In this document: positions 38,348 through 52,531 of the stretch, piece after piece
Position numbering within the stretch: position 1 is the stretch's first letter
How the letters are laid out: every line of letters begins with the position of its first letter
Source of the DNA: Squalus acanthias
Lineage: Eukaryota
DNA length: 64,000 nucleotides
Reading direction: 5' to 3'
Assembly: GCA_030390025.1 (NCBI GenBank)
Contig: CM059438.1
Span: forward strand, 67,644,001 to 67,708,000
Made by a program: the position numbers and the translations under genes
Notes under the pieces: generated by a model
Told to the model about the DNA's origin: nothing
The model's input: only the letters and a program-made list of their open reading frames with translations
Databases searched by the model: none

Positions 38348-39117
38348 TTTCTTCTTGGGCAGTCCCTCGGAACCGAGGATGACTTGCTTCCACATTAAAA
38401 ATGAGTTCTCAGGTGACTGATGAGTCCAATGCAGGACCTACAGTCTCTGTCACAGGTGGGGCAGACGGTGGTTGAAGGGGCGGGTGGGTGGGGTGCTTGG
38501 GTTGACGTGCGCTCCTTCCGTTGCTTGCGCTTGGCTTCCGCTTGCTCCCGGCGAAGAGACTCGAGGTGTTCGGCGCCTTCCCAGATGCTTCTCCTCCACT
38601 TTGTGCGGTCTTGGGCCAGGCATTTCCAGGTGTCAGTGGGGATGTTGCACTTTTTCAAGGAGGCTTTGAGGACGTCCTTGAAGCGTTTCCTCTGCCCACC
38701 TGGGGCTCTCTTGCCGTGTCGGAGCTCCGCATAGAGCGCTTGTTTTGGGAGTCTCGTATCGGGCATGCGGACGATGTGACCAGTCCATCGGAGCTGATCG
38801 AGCGTGGTCAAAGCTTCGATGCTGGGGATGTTGGCCTGAGCGAGAACACTGACGTTGGTGCGCCTATCCTGCCAACAGATTTGCAGGATCTTGCGGAGGC
38901 AGCGTTGGTGGTACCTCTCCAGTGCTTTGAAGTGCCTGCTGTACATGGCCCATGTTTCTGAGGCATACAGGAGGGCGGGTATCACTACTGCTCTGTAGAC
39001 CATGAGCTTGGTGCTGGGCTTGAGGTCCTGGTCTTCAAACACACTCTTCCTCAGGCGACCGAAGGCTGCACTGGCACACTGAAGGCGGTGTTGGACTTCG
39101 TCATCGACGTCTGCCCC
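38348..39117 (-). mobile_element. RTE-clade LINE 3' part
   Basis: ORF 38395-39042 (YRAVVIPALLYASETW, QLRWTGHIVRMPDTRLPKQALYAEL, C-terminal CxxC..HxxxH); ends GGGACTGCCCAAGAAGA. Confidence 0.92.
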
Positions 39118-39169
39118 ATCGGTCTATTCGCCTTATTAATTGCTGCTCTGCATTGCTTGGACATACTGC

Positions 39170-39570
39170 GTGTCAAGCCCATTAAGGCTCTTGAAATTTC
39201 TTGGGTATTTCAACACTATTCGTAGAGTACGTGTGTCATCCATTTTCCATTTCTAAATGCAGTGCTTTGCACTTGCATGCTTTAAATTTTGTTCACCACT
39301 CTCACATTTTCAGCAATTTCTGAGCTTAACTCAAAGCCTTTCATGTGGAACTTCACAAAATGTCTTGGAAGTTTATAGGGTTCATTACAGTCCATTTGGG
39401 TTGTCATTTCCTTAAAGAAATCAAAGAGATTGGTCAGATTGACTTGGTTGGTGTTGTGCAGATAATCCTTAGGTTTACTTCTGATCAATTCCATTATTTT
39501 TCCATGGAACTGAAGTAAGACTAATAGGCCTAGAGGTGTCTTCTGTCTATTATGTCACCCTTTTTAATAT
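39170..39570 (-). mobile_element. Old CR1 RT fragment
   Basis: Degenerate LTNLFDFF motif and NYRPISL-like sequence (gtaagactaataggcc). Confidence 0.5.
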
Positions 39571-41185
39571 GGTCTTTCTTCCAGTGCTCTTCGAATCTGT
39601 AATCTCGTTATTCAAAGTTCCTGTTGTACACACTCTTCATTCTCTCTTCATCCCCACTGTAATTGAAATAAAAAGTAATCATGTGTAGTGTAGTGTATTG
39701 TGGTTTCAAAACCGTAGAACATCCTCAGTCTTTCATTCCTGCTGCAATCTTCGTGCTCTTAAAAGCCAAGCTGGGTACAATCTAATCTACCTTACTGATT
39801 TACCTCCACTGTTTCACTCTCTTCAATCTTATTGGTGTCCTTCGCTTTTGAACTGAACTCCTCACCTCAGTTTTTGAATAATTTTGGAAAAAAAACACAT
39901 TTTGCAAAATGCCAAGTAGTCCGTTCTACAGCTGGACTTCAGATCAGGCAATTCTATTCTTCAACAATGGGCAACTGTATTTAATTTGTCGTCATTTGGA
40001 AAATATGGTATGGGAGGAGGAAGAATTCATTGCAGTTCTTGAGTACATTTCTTGTCTTTTGTCCACTTGGCATAAGTTAACTAAAATTACGTCTTAACAA
40101 GAGTGCCTTAAACATGAATGCACCCAAATCAGGAGGAGGTCGATATGATTCAGCCTCGCAGCATAAAAAAGAATCACTCATCGTCCAGCCAATATTTTGT
40201 GAAATCTAGTTAATTTGAAATCCAAATACCTGTCCCGTTCTGTTTGGTTAATTACCCTCTGTTCAAAAATCATTTCTGAATGGGCTGAGGTCCACAGGCA
40301 CGTTTTGAAAATTAATGAGGATATTTTTTAAGTTCTCTTTCAAGAAATCATTAATGTTCCCTTTCCCTGAATCAATCGAGTTTGCTGCTACTTTTCTAGC
40401 TTTGTTTCTGAGGCTAAAAAGACATCCGTGGGGCAATAATTCTCGATACTTTCTATCCCGATCATTGCATCTGTGCTTAGTGACTGAAGAGTTTCTCTGT
40501 AAAGCTGACAAGAGGTGGTGCTGTTGGACTGTCTGTACCTGTGGAATCATTGACAAGTGTGGTGCTGATTTTCCCCGGAAGCAGGTACATGGAGTTTGAG
40601 GTGATGGCATTGCTTACTGAGCCGTTCTGCAGGTAAAGCTTTATCTTTGGGAACAGTGACCAAGCCTCCGACGCAAGAACCCTGCCTGGCCGCTGGGAAC
40701 GGGGTGGGCGGGGGTTCAATTGAAGACCAGGCGGAAGTCGCTGTTTTCCCACCCGGTCGACATTTTAACTCGTGGAGTTTCAGAAGCGTGCAGGTTGCCT
40801 ACCGTAGGCAAGGTGGGGTGGGGGGGCACATAAATATTGATGTGTCAGCATCTAACGACATCACTGGGACCCCGACAGCAGTTTAACTCAGATGTGTGGT
40901 TTGCATCCAGTAAAAGCCACCAGTAAAAGTTGTTGACACGCATCGTCGGATCAGCAGGGGCCCAGGTAAGTTTTTAAATGTTTAACCTTGAGGTTTCTTG
41001 TGGTCCAAGAGGAGCAGGAATGGGCTTTCTGGCCTAACAAGTGAAGCTTGGACCTCCTGTGCCCTGGGCTTTCCGCCCCCCACCCCCTCATCTTCCGGTC
41101 GCAATAGGCCTGAACCCTGCACCTCCCCACCCTGCTCACTTACCTTACTGAATCTATTCCTGAGGTCTCCGGGAGCGGACTGCAG

Positions 41186-41465
41186 CCACGTCCCAAAACG
41201 CGTTACAGCCAATGAAGTACTTTTTGAAGTGTAGTCACTGTTGTAATGTAGGAAACACGGCAGCCAATTTGCGCACAGCAAGCTCCCACAAACAGCAATG
41301 TGATAAATGACCAGATTAGCTGTTTGAGTGATGTTGGTTGAGAGATAAATATTGGACGGGACACTGAGGAGAACTCCCCTGCTCTTCTTTGAAATAGTGC
41401 CATGGGATCTTTTACATCCACCTGAGAGAGCAGACGAAGCCTTGGTTCAACGTCTCATCTGGAAG
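41186..41465 (-). mobile_element. Deu-domain SINE (SacSINE1-like)
   Basis: Reverse complement of the Deu core (ggatgtaaaagatcccatggcactattt...ttacaacagtgactacacttcaaaa). Confidence 0.85.
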
Positions 41466-42351
41466 ATGATTAATGAATCTTTACAAACTTTAAGAAACAA
41501 AATAATGCTTGATGGATTTTTAATGTTTTCCCATTGTAATTTTAGCCTCTGAATTGATCTGTCTTCTTGCCATTGCTAGCTACCACTTTTCAAATGTCAA
41601 GCTTTTCAATGCAGTTTTGCATAGTAGGAGAGGAAGAAGGAATATAGTGCAATATTGTGACACTGACTAGGATTAAGACTGGATCAGTGGGCAGGAAGAG
41701 AGGGTTTGACAGAGCAATTATGCATTGTGCTACAGAGGCATAGCACACCGGTGTATATTATTACAGATCACATACAGAATAATTGATCACCATGAGTGAT
41801 TAAAAGACTGTAATCCAATCCACAGATTGAGGTCCATCCCTAAGAGTGAAGCTGGGGTGGTTTGTGAATGTCACTTGAACTCAGATTAAATTAGAGTCTC
41901 AATCTTTGCTTAATGCCAGTTGTTATTTCCAGTTGGCATATTTTGATTCTTATCATTGTCAGCTTGTGTAAGTGTGTAAAGCAGAGAATCTGTGATCATG
42001 TTATCTGACACCTGTTGGCTAATTATTCTGCTCATGTCGATGGATTCAACATTTCTATCTCAACGTCACTAAAAATGACAATTTAAGCATGGTTGTTTTT
42101 CCATTTGTAGTTTGAAAGCCATTTTATTTTGCTCGATGCAAACTTCAGTGGTAATTTGTTAGCTGAGAGCAATGGAATGCAATTTGGCTTTTGGCAAGCT
42201 ATTATTGAAGGATTAGAATTGATTGCAAGCTAATGGTTAATCTTCTACAATTAGAAGATAGCATATGTGTGCAATATGTAGAATACATGAGCTGGAATGT
42301 GATACAAAGCAGTATTGAGCGGAGACAGTCATAAAACAAGTGTAAAGCCCG

Positions 42352-42973
42352 AGGGGGAAAAATTCGGTATCACACCTTTTAGCGCCCAGAAAAAATTAGT
42401 GCCCCTCCGCCTGAAATTCAGTTGTTGCACCTCAAGCAGGAGGCGCTCCACTTCCTTCTTGGGGCGCAACAACTGAATATCGCGGTGCTACGTGCAACAG
42501 CACCACTTGCATCGGCACGTAGCGCCGCGCCATTGCAGGCCTCCTCCCCTGATTAAAGGGGAGGGGCCTAGCGCTGCACGCACCGGGGCCGGCACCCCGT
42601 AGAAAAACGGGGAAGGGGGCAGGTGCTGGCAGTCGGCCAAAAAAAAATGGCCGCCCGACACCTGCCCTTTAAGTAGCGCTGCCGTGGCAGCAAAAATGCC
42701 CCCCCTGACCCTGTCGGACATATTAATTGGCGATAGGTATGGGGCGCAACCCAAGTTTGCGGCTGGGGCGTGAGTGGAGCGCCGCACACGCGATGACGTC
42801 ATCGCCGGCAGCGCAGCGCTGCGGAGCGCTACCGGCTACTGCCGCTGCTAACCTCCCGCTGAATTTTGCGCGAGGTGTTAGCGGCGCCGCGCCTGGTCGC
42901 TGGGGGATTTGCGCTTAGTTAGCGGTCCCCGGGGGCGCTAAGGAGAGGCGCAAATTTACCCAATTTTCCCCCC
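42352..42973. mobile_element. GC-rich Harbinger-type MITE (family D)
   Basis: GGGGGAAAAATTCGGTA...TACCCAATTTTCCCCC; left end resembles 62454. Confidence 0.8.
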
Positions 42974-43949
42974 CTCCCCCCGGCCCCCAAGTGTTTCATG
43001 AGAATAATCCAACCCTGGAATTCGTTGTCCATGGAATGCACTCTGGCCAATATATTTGGTGATTTCCATAAAATCTTTTTTTTTTCCCCTTCTACTCCCC
43101 CGAAGCAAGTACCATGGCAGGAACTGACAGCAAACTGAACTGAACTGAAAACTAAAATTATATTTTACTTCATTGCATGCTGCTACCTGCCTTTTTCTTA
43201 TAAGCTAACAAGAGAATTCTTAATGCAAATACTCACTTCCTTATCCAGAAGAAGGTCACCTGTCTTACTTTCCCAGCACATTTCCCTGGTTTAAAGTCAT
43301 AGTCGTGTGTCGTCCAGAAAAAAATCTTGCTGTCATGCGAACATGCGCCCACAAAGAAAAATCCTTCGGTTTGTAATTATGGCTGTGAAAGCAAGACGCG
43401 AACCACAGGAGTAAAGCTCAGTTACAGAGGAGAAGCTCACTATGGACAAAGAAAGAATAAAAGAAATCTGCGAGGGTGCATAAAATACTCTCTCGGTCTG
43501 GAGAGTCATTCAGGACTCACTCACGCTTCACTCTCAAACCACAGAAATGAAAGTCAGATGTCAGATGTAATGCCTGTCAACAGCTCCCAACTGGGCTTGT
43601 TGGGTTTGAGTTGGCTTGTATTTTATATTGGCTTGCAAAACAGAGGGGCGGGGGTGTGAGTCCCATATCCCAAAGGGATAAAATGTGCCTCTGCAGATGT
43701 GACCTCAACTAGCTTTCTAGATTCAATTGATGTTGTGAACACTGAGCACCTCTAGCATGTGGGTGGAGCAGAATAATGAACCTGGTTATAAATCTTATCT
43801 GACGTGTGTGTTAATTTTGAAATCTTTCATTCTGTTGATAAGGCCATCCTGAAGTGTCGTTCCCTGTGATTTGTCTCTTATGTGGGGTAAAAGCCTGCTT
43901 TATCTGCACAAACATACATGTGAAATGAACTTTAGGTTTGTGTTAAGAT

Positions 43950-44200
43950 TGTAGGAACTGGATTAAGCCATTCAGCCCTCAGACCTGTTTCACCATTCAA
44001 ATGGATCATGGCTGATCTGTATCTCGATTCCATTTACCTGCCTTTGGTTTAATATCCCTTAATCCTTAACCCTTAACAAAAACCTATTAAACTCTGGTTT
44101 GAAATTTTCTATACTCAAGAGAATACAAGCCAAGTCTATGCAACCTGCCCTCATAATTTAACCCCTTTAGCCTCGGTATCATTCTGGTGAATCTGCATTG
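43950..44200 (-). mobile_element. CR1 3' fragment with internal deletion
   Basis: Colinear with parts of 24682-25252. Confidence 0.75.
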
Positions 44201-44373
44201 AGGCTAGGTTTGACCCCAGTGGCTTGCTCCCAGTAACACACCCATCTCATTGCAGTGTTAGAAGTTCCACACCAATCTGAATTTACGCAAATTCTCATCC
44301 GTACCGCGTATGGTTTCTCCGAAGTGACGGATTCTGCCCAGTGGTTCATTTCTGTGACTAATACTGTCGCAAA

Positions 44374-45547
44374 GGGCTGAATTTTGCCGGCGCTCAGAGG
44401 GTGGGTTCAGAGGTGGGTCTGCTGTCAAAATAGAAAAGGTTGGCAGCGGGTAGGGAACCCACTGTCAACCCACCTCCACGTGAGTCTCCCAGGTGTCGGG
44501 TCTGTCAGCGCTGATCAGACCTGACACCAAGTGGCGGGGGAGGCAATTGACATCATTAAATGGATTGTTAACATCCAATTAAGTGTTATTTTATGCCTAC
44601 ATTTCAATTTTATGTGCTCCCCCATGGGTTACCCACTGCTCGGGGAATACTTCAGCTCAGCAGGTCGTGAGTGGATTCAGCATTGAATTATCTCATGACC
44701 TGACCGCTGCCAAAGTTATATAAAAGATCCCATTTTACAGCTGTTCACTTTCAAAGCTCAGAAACTGTTGGTTACAGCACTTGGAAAACATATTGAGCTT
44801 TCTGCAGCTTGCAAGTGTTTGGAGTAAACTCTCTATCCAGTGCCACCTCATTGGAACAACCTCTCTCACCATTGACAGATCGCTTCTGTCATCTCAACCT
44901 CACCTGCCATCTATTCCATCAGCATCATTGCCCTTGAAAATATCTCACCTTGTTCCTCAGAATCCCACCAAGATCAGCCCCAACACCAGCATCACCGGCA
45001 CAGTAGCAGCAACAAAAACAATACCAGCCTTCTCCGCAATCATCTGATGCTGCACAGGACATAGGGCATCATCCCGACCTCATTGCTGCCCGGGATGTCA
45101 GTGATGGCCAGCAATGTGCAACCAGGCTGCGTTGCGCTCCTGGGGAGGTCTCTTCCGCCGGTTGGAAGGAAAGAGAACCTCCCTTCGTGCTGTGACTCCC
45201 TCTATAAGCATATGGAGGGAGTCATGGGAGAGCCTGGGTGCAGCCGTGCACCTCTGTGCAGTGCTTGTCAGTGTTTGCAGCACCTCAATGCTGTAGAACA
45301 CGGACAGCAGAACTGTCAAGATCAATTGGGACATGGCCCCTTTAAGGAAACCGGCTGATGACGCGTCAGCAGATGACGTCATCTGACCCGCTTCTTTTTA
45401 ATTGGCCGGGAACCTCGCAGGGCGGGCTTAACAAGCCCAATCAATGTAAAATCACTTGGAGAGTGAGGGCTGCAGTAGGCAGCGGGCTGGGACCGGGACA
45501 TCGACTCCAGCCACCCTGGATTCGCCTCGGTCAGCGAAATCAAGGCC
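44374..45547. mobile_element. Internally deleted Harbinger element with 5' relics of both genes
   Basis: GGGCTGAATTTTGC...GCGAAATCAAGGCC, TSD AAA; ORF 45098-45382(-) APRLSHDSLHMLIEGVTARREVLF...AWLHIA; 44800-45095 matches 10880-11150. Confidence 0.87.
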
Positions 45548-45961
45548 AAAGCCTCTTGTTATTAGCGACAAGGACATCAACAATTTGCTAAAATGAATGT
45601 ATTAGTATAGCACATTTATGTGTTGGTTTTAAAAACAAATTTAGTGGGATGGGTTCCCTTTCTGGCGCTATCTTCTGTCTCTCTTACTTACTCTTTTTTA
45701 ATAGAATAATATCGGCTCCATCTGTGCCCGCCTGCTCTGCCGCCCACCGTTTAAACAGACATTGATCATTCTTGACATATCAAGAGCGCTACTGCCTGTT
45801 CCAGGTTTTGCTTCGTGCCAAGACTGTGAAAGTGACAAACTGAAGTGTTTTCCTCCTCCTGTCACTCGGCTGTTGAGTTGGGATGCAGAGTAGAACTGAC
45901 AGGAACTCTTCCCCACTTATTTTATTTGTATTTCACTGAAGTGGGGAACAACAGTGTTAGC

Positions 45962-46342
45962 TGAGGCTCAGTGGGTCGCACTCTTGCCTCGGAGTCAGAA
46001 GGTTGTGGGTTCAAGTCCCAGTCCTGAGACTTGAGTACAAAAAGCTAGGCTGACACTCCAGTGCGGTGCTGAGGGAGTGCTGCACTGTCGGAGGTGCCAT
46101 CTTTCAGTCTGCCCTCTCCGGTGGATGTAAAAGATCCCAGGGCACTATTCGAAGAAGAGCAAGGGAGTTATCCCCGGTGTCCTGGCCAATATTTATCTCT
46201 CAACCAACATCACTCAAACAGATAAGCTGGTCATTATCTTGCTGCTGTTTGTGGCACCACACTGTGCACAAATTACTGCTGCTTTTTCTACATTGCAACA
46301 TTGACTACAATTTAAAAAGTACTTCTGGCTGTAAAGCACTTT
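45962..46342 (+). mobile_element. tRNA-headed Deu-domain SINE
   Basis: A-box ggctcagtgg and B-box ggttcaagtcc followed by the Deu core. Confidence 0.85.
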
Positions 46343-46375
46343 TATACCTATACGCTTGTAATTGTGAAACACTTG

Positions 46376-47126
46376 GGCCCAGATATTCCGATCGCAGGCC
46401 TCCTGCGGGCGGAGGACTGTGATCTGGAAAAATCTGCACCAAGACCGGAGGGCTCCCGGGAGGCGCACAGTTCCGTTGCTGGGCCTTTCCAAACTGCCGG
46501 TGCGCAGGGCCCACGTATCCCAGAGGCGCAGGTAGTTCGCAGCGTCCCTGGGATCTCGTGGGCCATGGGGAGCTAATCACAGAAGGGTATCTCCCTTCAT
46601 ACATTTGACAGGAAGACCTGTCAAATATATGAATGGAGATCACCCCCAAAACATAGTAAAACTTTAAATAAATTAAAAAAAAAAAATCACATTTTTAAAA
46701 TGACTTGAAATTACATAAATTAACTATTTTAAACAAAAATTAAAATTTTTGAAAAAAATTATTCAAGTTTTTAACGGGGCTAAAAATAAACTTACCTTTC
46801 TTTAAAGTATTTTTAAATGATAAATCAGAATTTTTTTTTTTACTTTTTTCAAATCTTATCCTGGTAAAAGCAGGCCTTACGCCTACTTTTACCAGGCGCA
46901 AGAATTGTAAGTGTTTTCTGTGGGCGGAGGGTCTCCAAAAAGCGGAACTATCCGCCCGCAGAGGCCCTGCTCCAGGGCAGCCGGAGGATGTCAAGAGCAT
47001 TCTTGACAGATCGGAAATGCCGGTTTCCAGCGCATGCGCAGTGCATGCCTGAAACCGGCATTTCCAATGTCCCTACGGGTGGGTACACAGCGCGTACCCA
47101 CCCGTAGGGATCGGAATAGCCGGCCC
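46376..47126. mobile_element. MITE (family B relative)
   Basis: GGCCCAGATATTCCGATC...GATCGGAATAGCCGGCCC, TSD TTG. Confidence 0.87.
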
Positions 47127-47783
47127 TTGTTCTTTTGCTTTTCTTCTCTGTGTAAGTCACTCACAACTACCGTGGAAGCCAGTAGACCACATATTATAAC
47201 CGTGCTCGGTTTCTGGATTCTCAGCTGTTTATTTCAGCGTAGAATTGAGCGCACGCCAGTCTGGTGCTCTGCCAAACTTATAATGACAAGCACAGGATTC
47301 TAAATAGAACAGCAAGAGACTCAACTGAGATAAAATTCAGCTAAGATGAAGTTAGAAATGGGTAAGACTTTAAGCACCAATTTGAAGTATGCACTACAGA
47401 TGAAAAGATAAAAATTGGTAGCCCATCCTTACTTGGTTGGGACTTGGGGATTGAAACATGTCAGACACGGACCGAAAAATGGAGCCGCTAACTAAGTAGT
47501 GAGACATCTTGATAAAAGTTACTGCTGCAACAAAAACAATTCCCTGCTCTTAATCCTGGAATCAAAGCTCCAGTGCAGCCCAGTGCAGCAGCTTCAGTTT
47601 GATGAACTTCGGGGGTTTTGGCATTGCTACAAAACCTTTAAAATATGTACCTATTGACTATGATTCTAAGGTGGGATGATCAGATGAATTTGGCTTGTTC
47701 AGATTTTGTTTTTATCCGAGATTTATTTCAGCCACAACTGTAAGATTACAAATTTTATGTAAATTTTGTATTATTACTGTTCA

Positions 47784-47925
47784 GAACATGACATAAGAAA
47801 CAGGAACAGGAGTCGGCCATTTGGCCCTTCGAGCCTGCTCCGCTATTCAATAAGATCACGGCTGATCTTCGACCTCAACTCCACCTTCCTGCCCGATCCC
47901 CATATCCCTCGATTCACTTAATATC
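47784..47925 (-). mobile_element. CR1 3'UTR fragment
   Basis: acataagaaacaggaacaggagtcggccatttggcccttcgagcctgctc. Confidence 0.8.
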
Positions 47926-49279
47926 CTTAATGTTGCATTGGGTAATTGCAATTTATTTCCAAGTATCACTGAAAACTACACGGAAGCTATGTAATGGTTC
48001 ACCTTAGAATATAAAAATAAATCCAGCAAGGTTTGCCTACACTTTCTTTGGATGGGGTTGGGGGTGGGGGGGGGGGGGGGGGGGGGGGGGAAAGGGTCAT
48101 TATTTGGAAATCTTAGTGAAGAACCAAGGTCAACAGTGTTGGGCACCACTGAGGTTGAAAAACATTGCTTCATTAGTTGCCAATCCTAAATAGTGGTGCA
48201 TTTTTGTAATCCGATTTGTCGGGAGTTATACTAAATCTTTGCAACTTGACTCTTTCTCCTAGTTTTGATGAGCTGAAAAATACACTTGTGGCTGACCATA
48301 TATTTACTTACAACAATACCTGAGGTTAGCAGTAATAGATAGATAATGTCAGTAATTGGCCCCATGTATTAGCATCTTCCCAGAGCTTGCTAAGTCATTC
48401 ACGGTACGTCTAAGGGAAAGGAAGGAAAACTCTCTAAATATTGCAAGTATACCTGTCCTGGTTTCCCACAATCGCGCACTTTGTTCTGTGGCCCGTGAAT
48501 CCAGGACATCGTGATTGATCCATCCCCTCTTGTTTTACTATCCTTCCCTGGGGTAGCCATCACAGCCTTGAAGCTCTGGGGATGAAAGTGACCATACACC
48601 TGCTCCATCATCTCCACAGTAAGGAAAACAGCTCCCCTGTTAAGTAATCATTTCTACAGAGATTGTAAACCCATTACAAATGCAGGGTTCTGGTCTTCAC
48701 AGTCCAAGTCATTTGCATTCCTGTTCAGGTTCCGTTCAAAATGTTTCACATGCTTGGAAGAAAATCCCAAATATTAATTATGATCATAGCCCAGATTTTG
48801 CTGGAGCGGAGCATCTCACCGCGTGCCCAGTTAGTTAGACTTGTTCACCAAAGTTTAGGTTTTAACATTTTTTGCCGACAAAGTTTCCGGAAGTGCCAGC
48901 TGATAACAGGGCATCTGGGACCTGAGTGACCAATGGGACAAACTGTGTATCTCCTTAACCAATGAGAGTTAAAAATTGAGAAATAAACAGAGGAAGGACC
49001 GAGAAGGAGGGTAAATTACAGTGGGTGAATTCAATGTCAAATCAGGTATAGAAAGAAATCTGTTTTCTTTAGGTTCCTTGTCTTCTATTTACATACATTT
49101 GAGGAATATATTGCGAAAACAATATACCACTATGTTCCTTCCTGTTCCGATTTGATCACAGTGCCAATGGGAGCAAAAATAAATCGCATTATCAGTCCAC
49201 TTAGGAAAATATATTCCTCTTTCATTTATCACAGTATTGATTTTCACACTAATGTCATTGTGAGGTGAGCTGCTATTAC

Positions 49280-50778
49280 TCAGCAATATTTACTAATTCG
49301 CTAGAAAAAGGTGTAGTGCCAGAAGACTGGCGGATAGCTAACGTAGTACCGTTATTTAAGAAGGGGAATAGAACATGTCCAGGGAATTATAGACCAGTCA
49401 GCTTAATATTGGTGGCAGGAAAAATAATGGAATCCCTACTAAAGGAGAAAATAGAAGAACATCTAGAAACCAAAAATATAATAATGAATAGTCGGCATGG
49501 ATTTCAAAAGGGAAAAGCTTGCTTGACCAACCTCACTGAATTTTTTGAAGAGGTAACAGAGAGAGTAGACAATGGTAATGCAGTAGATGTAATTTATCTA
49601 GATTTTCAAAAGGCCTTCGATAAGGTATCCCATAATAGACTGATGAACAAGGTCAGAGAATGCGGAGTCAGGGGACAAGTAGCAGAATGGATTGCTGGCT
49701 GGCTTCAAGACAGAAAGCAGAGAGTAGGAGTAAAAGGTAGCTATTTACAGTGGCAGAAGGTGGGTAGTGGTGTTTCACAAGGATCAGTGCTGGGTCCACT
49801 GCTGTTCACAATTTACATTAACAATTTAGACTTTGGAATCAAAAACACAATTTCTAAATTTGTGATGACACCAAATTGGAGGGGACAGTCAATACTGAGG
49901 AGAACTGCAACAAATTACAGGAGGGCATTAATAAACTTGCAGAATGAGCATATAATTGGCAAATAAAGTTCAACACAGATAAATGTGAGGTATTACATTT
50001 TAGTAGGAAGAATAGGGAGGTCACTTATTACTTGGAGGGTGCGAGTCTAGGTGAGGTAGAGGAACAAGGGGATCTCGGAGTACAAATACACAAATCACTA
50101 AAAGTTGCAACACAGGTTAGCAAGACCATTAAAAATGGAAACCAAGCACTAGGGTTTATTTCTAGAGGGATAGAATTGAAAAGTAGGGAAGTTATGCAAA
50201 ACCTGTATCGAACCTTGGTTAGACCACACTTGGAGTACTGCGTAGTTCTGTCGTCATATTACAAAAAGGATATAGAGGCACTGGAGAGGGTGCAGAGAAG
50301 ATTTACAAGGATGATACCAGAAATGCGAGGGTATACATATCAGGAAAGGATGAACAGGCTGGGTCTCTTTTTCTCTTGAAAAAAGAAGGCTGAGGGGTGA
50401 CCTAATAGAGGTCTTTAAAATTATGAAAGGTTTTGATAGAGTGGATACAGAAAGAATCTTTCCACTTGTGGGGAAGAGCATAACAAGAGGCCATCAATAT
50501 AAGATAGTCACCAAGAAATCCAATAGGGAATTCAGAAGAAACTTATTTACCCAAAGAGTGGTGAGAATGTGGAACTCGCTACCACAGGGAGTGGTTGAAG
50601 CGAATAGTATAGATGCATTTAAGGGGAGGTTAGACAAGCATATGAGGGAGAAGGGAATAGAGGGTTATGCTGATAGATTTAGATGAGGAAAGGTGGGAGG
50701 AGGCTCGAGTGGAGCATAAACACCGGCATGGACTGGTTGGGTCAAATGGCCTGTTTCTGTGCCGTATATCCTATGTAA
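49280..50778 (+). mobile_element. CR1-type LINE RT plus 3'UTR, frameshifted
   Basis: ORFs 49265-49966, 50032-50379 and 50423-50686 carry RT motifs. Confidence 0.94.
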
Positions 50779-51821
50779 TTGAAAATGGTGAGAAAATACA
50801 GAAATATAAAATTAAAACATTGTAACTATCGACTTATCAAGCCACTGGAGTGTGAACATTTAGGAGTTGGGGCACTTTGTGATGGAGTACACTCGTGACC
50901 AAATTGATTGTGTCATCCAGCAGTAGTGCATACATTCAGACCCACATTCCCAATTTCATCGCAGTCTCAGATTGTGATGAAACGCTTCTGCCTGAGATAG
51001 TGAGAAAATCACAGTGCGATCCAACCTCCTGAACCTTGCAGACAGTTTAGGTTGTCTTCTGACTCTCATATACAGAGGAACCAAAAGAGTGATGAAAAGA
51101 GCTTACAAAATGAGGGATAGCCAAATGTAAGCAGTTCCAGCAGCATATCTTAGAACTTTTAATGATGGGGCCAACATGAAAATTCAAGTCCTCGGCAATA
51201 TTCATAATCTGTATGCTCGTCCTTCTGCAGTGATCTTCAACAGTTTTTAGTCACTCTCTGAATAGGATATTTTGTCCTAGCCGATGATATCCTGTCATGG
51301 TGATGAAAAATTAGAAAGATCCTTTATACCCTGAAAAAGCATCCATCCTGACCGACTATTGTAAGGATGATTAATCAAATGCAGACAAGATTTGTGGGCC
51401 TCACAGCCTTTACCTGTTTCTGAAATCTTTCAGGGTATTGAGTACCATTGAGGGAAATTGGAATGCTGTGATCCAAACAATCCCCTCTAAAGGAAGAAGT
51501 GTGGCATTAAAGAAGACAGCAGCACAGAACAAAAGGCAGGGAGAATTAAAAAGATCAATGGTAAACAACTAACTCATCACTGTACTAATCTGCACCTTGT
51601 CTATATTGCAGAAACTTAGACCTGAGGTGTAATTAGAAAGGAAATGGTCACACGCATCTGGTCAAAAATGGTTGATATATTTAAAACTTAATTAATAAAG
51701 CAGAAAAAATATATACTTGCACAACAGTATATTTTCTATCAAATGTTGTCCATGTTTAGACATTGTCATCATCTGATCACTAACTACATTTCATGTGAAG
51801 GTTTGTGGAGGATGTCCAAAG

Positions 51822-51932
51822 TAGGAATGCAGCGGTTCAAGAAGGCGGCTCACCACCACCTTCTCGAGGGCAATTCGGGATGGGCAATAAATGCTGGCTT
51901 TGCCAGCGACGCCCACAGCCCATAAAAATGAA
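51822..51932 (+). mobile_element. LINE 3' terminal fragment (clade uncertain)
   Basis: gcagcggttcaagaaggcggctcaccaccaccttctc...gggcaataaatgctggc, recalled as a common shark LINE end. Confidence 0.55.
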
Positions 51933-52325
51933 TATTTTTTTTAAATCCCCTATTGCCAGCATGGAACAAAATTCTACTTAGAGATTTGTGGTGCCTCAGT
52001 CGAATAGAAATGTTGTCATTTTTGAGCTGGCCATTGATACATTGCCTATGCTCGCGGTTGCAAACCAGCTTGGTGATGTGAAAGAAAGGGAAACAGATGT
52101 TGTGACGGGCGGGCAGATTCATCCTATTTGTCACTGCTGAGAGGGTTTTTTGATAAGTTTGCAGTAATGCCACAAAAAGTTTTGTTACCACTGAAACAAT
52201 GATACTGCTATAAATAGCACCAAGTGAGTAACGTTATTGCAGAGTGATGTCAGTTTTGCTTTAGGCCATTCCCATGAAATACTTACTGAAAATCAAATGT
52301 AGACTCCCTGTCTATTTTCTTTTAG

Positions 52326-52531
52326 AGGTCGCACAACACCAGGTTATAGTCCAACAGTTTTATTTGAAATCACAAGCTTTCGGAACTATCGCTCCTTCCT
52401 CAGGTGAAGAAGGAGCGATAGTTCCGAAAGCTTGTGATTTCAAATAAAACTGTTGGACTATAACCTGGTGTTGTGCGACCTCTCAATTTTGTCCACCCCA
52501 GTCCAACACCGGCATCTCCGCATCATGACCA
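52326..52531. mobile_element. Short palindromic Penelope-derived insertion with hammerhead motif
   Basis: Perfect inverted arms of about 73 bp; TSD TATTTTCTTTTAG at 52313-52325 and 52532-52544; same family as 20288-20549. Confidence 0.87.
52370..52407 (-). ncRNA. Minimal type I hammerhead ribozyme motif
   Basis: Minus strand: tcac-CTGAGGA-a-GGAGC gata GTTCC-GAAA-GC-TT-gtga. Confidence 0.7.

Noticed and set aside
40263..40752. ORFs of 90-115 aa in unique sequence; similar case at 48399-48617
   Set aside because: No recognisable domain and no convincing splice pair
42352..42973. CpG-island promoter of a host gene
   Set aside because: The GC-rich block is bounded by TIRs and is explained as a MITE
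45962..46030. tRNA gene
   Set aside because: A and B boxes continue directly into the Deu-SINE body, so it is a SINE head
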